A DNA stretch of 64,000 nucleotides, taken from assembly GCA_002269645.1 (NCBI GenBank), contig NIVC01000180.1, positions 620,001-684,000 on the forward strand, in the 5' to 3' direction. The first letter of the stretch is position 1. Each line of letters opens with the position of its first letter. Of this stretch, positions 55,263 through 64,000 are shown one piece after another. The translations under genes were made by a program, and so were the position numbers. The notes beneath the pieces were generated by a model. It was not told the DNA's origin. It did no database searches and worked only from the letters and a program-made list of their open reading frames with translations. The DNA is from Macrostomum lignano. Taxonomy: Eukaryota.

Positions 55263-57144
55263 TCAGCCGCTCTTGCCATCCCAAATTTGGCTGTAGAGTC
55301 CATCGACCGAGTTTGAGCTGCATTGCTGAGGCATCATCTCGCAGCCTTTGGGAAGATCTTGGAGCCGCACGAACTTCAGGCCTGGCACGAGGCTGAGTAG
55401 GCGGCGCACCTCCTCCTCGCTGCCGTAGAACAGGTAACCACCTGGCTGATTCTGCTGCTGCGGCTCGGCTGCAGCCCGGAGCTTTGAACTGCTGTTTGAA
55501 AGCAGCGAGTACGCGTCCTTTGCTGCGCTTTCTTGCTCATTTTGTGGTGTCTCGCCAGACGGTTTCTTGGAAGGCTTGACCGGCTTATCGTAGAGAGCCT
55601 CGATATCACTCCGTGGTGTCTCGCCAGACGGTTTCTTGGAAGGCTTAACCGGCTTATCGTAGAGAGCCTCAACTTCAGGCCGCTCCGCCTCTCTTTTGCT
55701 TTCTCCTGTTAGCTTTACAGGCGCCAGAATTGGGTCGAAGTCGGCCAGAGGGTACTCCAGCCAGGCCAAGGATGCGGCTCCTTCGGCATTTGGTGCCACC
55801 ACCGGAGCTTGAAAGTCGTCTTCCAGGCAGATCAGATCCACCTCCTTGACAGGTGACGCGGCATCGTTGACCCCGAGGCACACCGGACAGAAAAGCTTCA
55901 GGCTTCCCCGGCTGCTGCCAAGATCGTACAGCTTTGGCTGGACGAACCGGTCGAAGCAGATATCGCATAAAATGTGTTCGCAGGATTCCATGGAGGTCAC
56001 CTCGTCGGAGCGCTGGGAGCACAAGCTGCACTGCAACTCTGGTGCCACAACGTAGATCTCGTCAGGCTGCTTTTCTTGCTGCTTCTGTAGTTTGCTTTGG
56101 CGTTTTTGCTGCTTTTTCAGCTGCAAATTTTCGACACTGACCTGTCGGAAAGCCTCGAGACTCGGCGCAAAGCAGGTGTCCTTGCCGGCTGGGAACAGCA
56201 GGAAGCCGAGCTCGGTGCACTCCGTCAGCGCTTCGACGATGGTCTTGTCTGGCTTTACAAGGATCTGAGTGACAGCTCCCGCATCGTTGATGTAGCCGAT
56301 GGACCACACCGACGGGGTGTTGATGGACCTCCGAAACAGGTAGCTGTACGGCCGCTGTCCTCTCAGCAGGCTCTTGACTTCGCGGAAACGCAGCCTGACA
56401 AAAGCCGGGTGGTCTTTGACTATGGTTCGCCAGAGGTCGATCGTCTGGTCGCCCCAGGGCGCAAAGAGGCGGGCAAACACATCGAACTCGTACGCGGATA
56501 CGTGGTCGCTTCCTGTGATGTTCACCTCCTGCTTGAGGTCGTAGGCCTCAGCCAAGGACTTGATGTTGAACCGCTTGCTTAGCGCAAACTGGAAGTCGTG
56601 CCACGTGACCAAGTCGCTTCGGCCGAAATGGCGCTTCCACCAATCGGCTGCGGCCGCGGAGCACTCGATTTTGTATGTGGAATAGCGCCGGTTCGGGAAC
56701 ATGGCCTCCAGCTCGAGTTGAATGCAGAACAGGCTCAGCGACCATTGAAAGTATTGCTGACTCGCCTGGGTGCCCGGCTTTTCGATTTCCTTCGCGTGCT
56801 CGCGGACGAGACAGGACAGGTCGCAGCTCTGATCGGCCAGGGTTCTCAGCATGGTTCGCCAGTAGTTGTTGCCGCTCAGGTCATCGCCCAGCTCCTCGCC
56901 TCGGTTCCAGATGTCGCGAAGAAGCTGGGACAGCTTCGGAATTGTAGCCAGCAAGTTGGGCTGCCGCTGCGACTTCAACTCCGGTTTATTGAGCTGCAGG
57001 CAGATGCTGTCAAAGTTCTTCAGCACAGTCTTCTCAATCGTCTTCAGCTCAAGCGGCTTTTCAATGTCGCACAGATCCAGATACTCGCGCCGGTGCCGCA
57101 TCGCCTTGCCTAGCATGAACATCTTTTCAGCTTGCTCGCTTTGG
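55263..57144 (-). CDS. CBL: Divergent Cbl-like E3 ligase (TKB: 4H-EF-SH2, linker, RING) in one large exon; ATG at 57122 (619 aa) or spliced from an upstream exon
   Basis: LELEAMFPN, AADWW..HFG…VTW..F..AL, SAYEFDVFARLFAPW, HPAF, YLFRRS…WSIGYI, LLFPAGK, EIY linker, RING CSLC…CEHILCDIC…CPVC. No UBA tail. Confidence 0.9.
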
Positions 57145-57630
57145 CTGGTGCAGGTCGCGTTGAAAAATTAATGAGGCTGCAGAAAGCTTCGTTGCTGCTT
57201 AATTTCGCTTATACCGTGCGACCTGCACATCGGATAGTCAAAGTCCACATATTTCAATTTTCGGTCTCTGTTGACCCCCGCCTCACATTTAAAGAGAGCT
57301 GCCAGTAAGCGCTGATTATTAAGCATAAACACCTGCCCGCAGCATCTTGCAGCATACGAGAGATTTCTCGGTCTGATTGGCATGGCAACCAAATATGCCA
57401 GCCAGCCTGTGCCAGTGAAACTTCACTGTCGCACATAAGGCTGCTGCAGCACAGTGGGTGCGCGATTTGTGCTGACAATTTCTCTTCCGCTGTAGAAGAC
57501 CAGCAGCAACTGTTCCATCCACGTTCACCCAGTCTCGCCAGGTTGCCTCTGCTTTGTCTGCTCCGGCTAAAAGTTCTCCCGGTGGGAGAGAATTCCCGAC
57601 ACACCCCGGCTCAGAGGTTTGAGAAGACAG

Positions 57631-58160
<530 letters not shown>

Positions 58161-59708
58161 GTCACTAAGACAGATGCAAGCTGTAGACAGTAGTCACCCA
58201 TTTCACATACAGCAGTGGCAGCAGAAGCCTTCTGCTTTCAAGCTCTCCTCAAACAGATGCTGCAAGCGTTGAGAAATATTGTGGAAATTCTTTTTTTCTC
58301 CCAAAGCCGAAGCCACCCTGCATTGCAGTGGCTCTTTCCCAGAGAAGGATCCGCTGCCCCAGAGGATGGGGATAATACCCCAACTGTATGCATCGTATAA
58401 ACTCTGAAAACCTTTTGTCTGAATCAGAAAGGTGCTACTCAGAAATGCACTGGAAATAGGAAAAATATGACTTATTTCTAATAAAAACCAAGTGTAGCTC
58501 AGTTCAGCTTTCCATGGCGACAAAATTGAGTAAACTGTTGCATATGATATAAGTCCGCCCATGGTGAGATGTTCTGCAATGCTGCCCACCTGACGTGCAC
58601 AAGGCAATGCTGACAGAAAGCTGAGACTCTGTCAATAAAAGTCCAATGCACTTTGTCTCAGCCATCCTTGCTTGAGCAGTTTTCTCGCCGTGGATGATAC
58701 GCAAACTGCAACTCCCAATTAACGCGAATGCATTCTGCTGAAGGCTACTCAGAATGCCCATTACATTCATTACAACGGTTGTTCACCGCCCTCAGTAGTT
58801 TTTGTCTGCAGCGTTCAAGCGCATCTCTCCTAGTGGCTCTGTGTGTTTTGGTTCAAACGGTAACAAAAACTGTACTTTTCCCACCTTGAGTAGCGGCAGT
58901 CTCATCTGACTGACATGTGTTTACGCAATCAGGTAAGCTCAACCAGGGCTTACTTTGCTTTGAGATAGATAATTCTACAGCTGTCCAGTTCGTGTCTTAG
59001 GTGTGCTTCATCCTCAGCTTAATCTGACTGAGATTGGGGTGTCTCTTCTTGTCGTCGATAAAAGCAAAAAAAATCAATAGCATTTTGTTCATAAATAAAG
59101 GCAGCGGTAATTTCAACCAGTATTGGAAGTGCGCGAGCGAATTCACTGACTTGTTGGCGCACAGGTTGGCTCCACCTGCAAGCAGCCTTGACGTGGCGAG
59201 AGAATTTCTATTTTCATCCCTACATGTAGTCTGCAATGGAAGCTGACAGAATCCGTTTGCTAAGCCCAGACGAGTCTCATGCTCAGAAAAAATGTTGCAA
59301 GGCCCAGCAAGCAGAGGAGCTCTGTGACCGCCCACGGGTTTGTCCGATTGGGAAATGCCTCGGCGTCCCATTGGCTGCTGAGTTTTCGGCCAGTGCGAAG
59401 GCTTAGCCGAGAGGCTTATAAATACACAGAAGCACTTTAATGCTCCCTACAAGTGTTCGAATTCTCGCAAGCACGAAGTCGCCTTAAGCGGAGAAACCCG
59501 ATCGGTCTATAGAACGCGCATCTTAAGCTGAGCTGTCCCAAAAAACGTTGCTCATGGGTGAGTCGATATTTGCTTCATTTGCATTTTCTTAGCTGTAAAC
59601 AAAGGCTGCTGGCTTCAAAGTCGGAAGCAGTCATTCTGGTCCCCAGAAAGCAGCCATGCACTGGGGGAGAGCAACGCACTTAAAAGAGAAAATTCAATAG
59701 TGACTCAC

Positions 59709-59776
59709 CTGTAGCGCCTTCGCAGGGCCTCTTCTGTACCCTGCAGCAAGTGCCGAAGGCGTCTGAGGAGGTGAAG
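59709..59776 (-). other. Candidate upstream exon of the Cbl-like gene
   Basis: Strong polypyrimidine acceptor (…CTTCTGCTTCACAG) and GTGAGT donor. The exon ends in phase 2 and joins the acceptor at 57145/57144 in frame with the Cbl ORF. Confidence 0.45.
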
Positions 59777-60576
59777 CTGTGAAGCAGAAGCGCAGGAAAA
59801 ACAGGGAAAGAAAAATGCACCCTGGGAGCGCAAGAATCCCCAGTTCCCAATCTTGCGCGTCCACCAGCAGCCGCGCTCCGCCTGAAAGCAAAGCTGAAAA
59901 TGTTAGATTTTCCATAAAGCAATTCCGCAAGCAATAATGAACTGGCATCACCGGAAATTAATTTTTGTTAAAAAAATCAGTCCACAATCGAAACTCTCCC
60001 TGGACGGGGGAACAAGAAGGAAAATTTCAAATCGACTTTAGAGAGGAAAACTTGAATTTTCCGTGAAATAGCTCAAGTTTGGAATTGTTTTAGAAATATA
60101 ACATTTTTATCGAGAATATTTTTGTCTCGTGATTTGGATGCTTGCTTTGTCATTCGACATTGCTCTGAAAATCTGTAGTCAGGTGGACAGAATTTATTTT
60201 TGCTTAGAAAAATTCTCTTGACATTTCTTGACACTCCTTTGACATTCGAGTCCAGCTTGCATGACTGTCGGGCAAAGTTATTCTGGATGTGAGTCTTCTC
60301 ATCAGACTGTCGGGCGCGCCCATTAAAAGACACGCGCCCATTGCGACCAATGAGCCGCGAAAGGTAGGGATTCAGCAAAAAAGCATCCAGATAAAAAGCT
60401 ACAAACGAAGCCACTTCTGCTAGCATGCAGCTTAACCAATTTTGATGAGGTGAACTTGCAAACCTGCAAAAGCGATCCCTGCAGAGATAAGAAGCTGGGG
60501 ATAAAAAAAAGTGAAAAGAAAAGACTGGCTAAATTATATGAAAACGAATACAGGAAAAATTTGGGTTGAGTTTGTG

Positions 60577-60612
60577 TTAGGGTTAGGGTTTGGGGTCTAG
60601 GGTAGGGTTAGG
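60577..60612 (+). repeat. Short degenerate TTAGGG-like tract
   Basis: TTAGGGTTAGGGTTTGGGGTCTAGGGTAGGGTTAGG. Confidence 0.7.
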
Positions 60613-60652
60613 ATTCTTAAACAAAAGGCACCGATAGACTGCATTGGGCTGG

Positions 60653-61797
60653 GCTGGTAGCTGGTAGCTGGTAGCTGGTAGCTGGTAGCTGGTAGCTGGT
60701 AGCTGTTAGCTGGTAGCTGGTAGCTGGTAGCTGGTAGCTGGTAGCTGGTAGCTGGTAGCTGTTAGCTGGTAGCTGGTAGCTGGTAGCTGGTAGCTGGTAG
60801 CTGGTAGCTGGTAGCTGGTAGCTGTTAGCTGGTAGCTGGTAGCTGTTAGCTGGTAGCTGGTAGCTGGTAGCTGGTAGCTGGTAGCTGGAAGCTGGTAGCT
60901 GGTAGTGGTAGCTGGTAGCTGTTAGCTGGAAGCTGGTAGCTGGTAGCTGGTAGCTGGTAGCTGGTAGCTGGTAGCTGTTAGCTGGTAGCTGGTAGCTGGT
61001 AGCTGGTAGCTGGTAGCTGGTAGCTGGTAGCTGGTAGCTGTTAGCTGGTAGCTGGTAGCTGGTAGCTGGTAGCTGGTAGCTGGTAGCTGGTAGCTGGTAG
61101 CTGGTAGCTGGTAGCTGGTAGCTGTTAGCTGGTAGCTGGTAGCTGGTAGCTGGTAGCTGGTAGCTGGAAGCTGGTAGCTGGTAGTGGTAGCTGGTAGCTG
61201 TTAGCTGGAAGCTGGTAGCTGGTAGCTGGTAGCTGGTAGCTGGTAGCTGGTAGCTGTTAGCTGGTAGCTGGTAGCTGGTAGCTGGTAGCTGGTAGCTGGT
61301 AGCTGGTAGCTGGTAGCTGTTAGCTGGTAGCTGGTAGCTGGTAGCTGGTAGCTGGTAGCTGTTAGCTGGTAGCTGGTAGCTGGTAGCTGGAAGCTGGTAG
61401 CTGGTAGTGGTAGCTGGTAGCTGTTAGCTGTTAGCTGGTTGCTGGTAGCTGGTAGCTGGTAGCTGGTAGCTGGTAGCTGGTAGCTGGTAGCTGTTAGCTG
61501 GTAGCTGGAAGCTGGTAGCTGGTAGCTGGAAGCTGGTAGCTGGTAGTGGTAGCTGGTAGCTGTTAGCTGGTAGCTGTTAGCTGGTAGCTGTTAGCTGGTA
61601 GCTGGTAGTGGTAGCTGGTAGCTGGTAGCTGGTAGTGGTAGCTGGTAGCTGTTAGCTGGTAGCTGGTAGCTGGTAGCTGTTAGCTGGTAGCTGGTAGTGG
61701 TAGCTGGTAGCTGGTAGCTGGTAGCTGTTAGCTGGTAGCTGGTAGCTGGTAGCTGGTAGCTGGTAGCTGGTAGCTGATCGCTGTTAGCTGGTAGCTA
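60653..61797. repeat. (GGTAGCT)n heptamer satellite, ~160 copies
   Basis: Variants GTTAGCT, GGAAGCT and GGTAGT are interspersed. Confidence 0.98.
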
Positions 61798-61802
61798 ATC
61801 GC

Positions 61803-64000
61803 TGTCATGACTTATGGGGTGGGGCCGCGTGGTAGGGGTGGAGCTTGTTTAGTAAGCCTAGCTAGCAGTACGTACGGTAATGTACATGCGCGGGCCACCG
61901 TGCCCCTTGGCCTATAAAATATACAGAGCGTGGAGGGTTTTGCCTCAACTGAGTTTACTCCAGAATAAGCGACTTGACTTCATTACAATTGGCGACGAGG
62001 ATGGCTTCAGTTGGACAACTAGAGCCTTACGAAGAAGGCAAAGATTGGGACGCCTATCAAGAGCGAATGGACTCTTACATGCTTGCAAACGGCATAGAAG
62101 GCGACGACAAGAAGAAGGCAGTGTTTCTGACATTGATTGGCGAACGATGCTACGCAGTCCTTCGGGATCTCTGCAGTCCGACCAAGCCAACAGATCTGCA
62201 ATACAGCGCCCTCACCGAGCACCTTCAAAAGTACTTCAAACCGAAGAAGCCAGTAATCGCTGAACGGTTCAAGTTCTACAAGCGAGCACAAAAGGACGGA
62301 GAGACGGCTGCTCAATTTCTGGCTGCGCTGCGGAATCTGGCCGATTCGTGCGAGTTCGGCGGGTTTCGAGAAGAAGCTCTCCGAGACTGTTTCGTCTGCG
62401 GCCTTCGGGAACCAGCGGACCCAGCAGCGACTCCTGATGGAGGAGAAGCTCACGCTGGATGCGGCCAAGAAAATTGCCCTCGCGGCGGAGATTGCTAAGT
62501 CGGAAACTGAGCAGTGGAAATCGAGCTCAGAGGTCAGCTCAGTCCAGCAGGTAGCGCCAGACTCGAAGGCGTGCTACAGGTGCGGATTGAAAGGCCACCT
62601 GTCGGCAGCCTGCCACTTCAGGACCGCAAAGTGCCACAACTGCGGGAAAGTTGGACACCTGCAGAAAGTTTGCCGCTCAGCCAAGAAAGCCTCCAGCACA
62701 ACGAAAGCCGGACGGCCAGAGAACGGACCAGCGCACGCAATGCAAACGGAAGAGGAGGAGGAAGCAGCAACTGGCTGGATTTCACAAGTCACTGCATCGG
62801 CCAAGAAGATCAGCGTAAGCCTGCTGGTGAATGACCAGCCCCTCACCATGCAGCTGGACACCGGTGCCTGCGTCAGCCTCGTACCGGAGTCGGTGTGGAA
62901 GCAGCTCGGACGACCTCCACTGACACCAACACGCCTGCGACTCCGGACCTGGACGGGCGAGCCAATACAAGTCAAGGGAACAGCCGAGGTCAGGGTCAAC
63001 TACGACGGAAGACAGCATGATAAGCTGCCGCTGGTGGTCACCAGTCAGACCGGAGCCTGCCCATTGCTAGGACGCAATTGGCTGGAAAAGGTGCGACTCA
63101 ACTGGACTCAGTTGTTTGCCAACCAGATCAGCCAGGCGCCGGCGCAGAACAGCGGGCCTCTCGACCAGATGCTGGAGGAGTTCGCTGATGTTTTCGACGA
63201 GAGCCTGGGGCAGTTGAAGGATCAGACAGTCGCACTGAGACTTAAAAGTGACGCACAGCCTCGATTCTGCAAGGCCAGACCCGTGCCATTCGCAGTGCGG
63301 GACAAGCTTGAGCTCGAGCTCCAGGACATGCTCAACAAAGGCATCATCCGCCCGGTGACCTACAGCGAGTGGGCTACGCCAGTGGTTCCGGTACTCAAGG
63401 CGGACGGCTCAGTCCGACTGTGCGGCGACTATAAACTGACGTTGAACCCTCAGCTTCACATCGACCAGTACCCGCTGCCTACGCCTGAAGAGCTTTACGA
63501 GCAGATGGGACGGGGTCAGCTGTTCTCAAAACTCGATCTGTCACAATGTTATCTTCAGTTTCCACTCGACGAAGAGAGCTGCAAGCTGACGACCATCAAC
63601 ACGCATAAAGGGCTTTTCGAGTACCTCCGGTTGCCATTTGGCGTCAGTTCGGCTCCTGCGATTTGCCAGAGGCTGATGGAAACACTTTTGAAGGGCGTGC
63701 CGGGAGTCTGTTGCCGCATTGATGACATCCTGGTGTCCGGTCCGTCAATGAGTGAGCACCTAGCAGCGCTTCGCGAGGTACTGACCAGGCTGAGAGCGGC
63801 GGGCCTGCGGCTGAAACGAATCAAGTGCAAATTTCTGCAAGAAGAAGTCAAATACCTGGGCTCGTTGCTGAGCAAGGACGGAGTCAAGAAGCTGCCTCAG
63901 AAGGTGGAAGCAATAGTCAACAGCCCGAGGCCAGCGACAGTATCAGAGCTGCGATCATTCTTGGGCCTCGCAAACTACTATGCTCGACATGTCAAGGACT
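61803..64000 (+). mobile_element. Ty3/Gypsy (Mag-like) LTR retrotransposon, 5' part: LTR 61803-61987, PBS 61990-62004, gag-pol
   Basis: TGT…ACA LTR of ~185 bp containing TATAAAA; PBS TGGCGACGAGGATGG; the element continues past the right edge. Confidence 0.95.
62001..64000 (+). CDS. Fused gag-protease-RT ORF with one frameshift at ~62418; incomplete at the 3' end
   Basis: Gag (ERFKFYKRAQ), two CCHC knuckles (CYRCGLKGHLSAAC, CHNCGKVGHLQKVC), protease LDTGA…LLGRNWL, RT WATPVVPV…VRLCGDY…KLDL…RLPFGV…RIDDIL…LRSFLGLANYY. Confidence 0.92.

Noticed and set aside
60577-60612. True telomere or chromosome fusion site
   Set aside because: Only ~6 degenerate units, one orientation, internal.
62410-62425. 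Programmed ribosomal frameshift in gag
   Set aside because: No slippery heptamer, and it falls mid-capsid, before the zinc knuckles; better explained as an indel.

Overview
Eukaryotic (invertebrate animal) genomic DNA with spliceosomal introns. GC3-rich genes, RTE/SINE/Gypsy content and very dense minisatellites are reminiscent of the flatworm Macrostomum, but that is an unverified inference. Six confident protein-coding genes: a 3-exon BIR-UBA-RING IAP (3051-5333,+), a 3-exon 5-HT7-like serotonin receptor (12965-19018,+), an intronless Dop1R2-like dopamine receptor (34125-35696,+), a 3-exon TMED9/4-like p24 protein (46898-48554,-), a 2-exon ankyrin/TRPV-like channel with an F-box-like N-terminus (50181-53059,+) and a divergent Cbl-like E3 ligase (55263-57144,-). 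There is also a tentative unknown multi-exon gene (19926-22829,-). Mobile DNA: RTE-like LINE pieces, two tRNA-derived SINE families (one full copy with a 14-bp TSD), a Mag-like Ty3/Gypsy element running off the right edge, two foldback/MITE-like structures and an AT-rich element with a repeated bipartite motif. About 20 unrelated tandem arrays (4-60 bp units) occupy roughly a third of the window. Top leads: (1) a candidate F-box-ankyrin-TRP channel fusion; (2) a 7-fold tandem amplification of the 3' splice site plus TM7 exon start of the 5-HT7 gene; (3) a recurring pattern of locus-private repeats seeded at splice sites or start codons and filling introns. All calls are by eye; no database searches were run.
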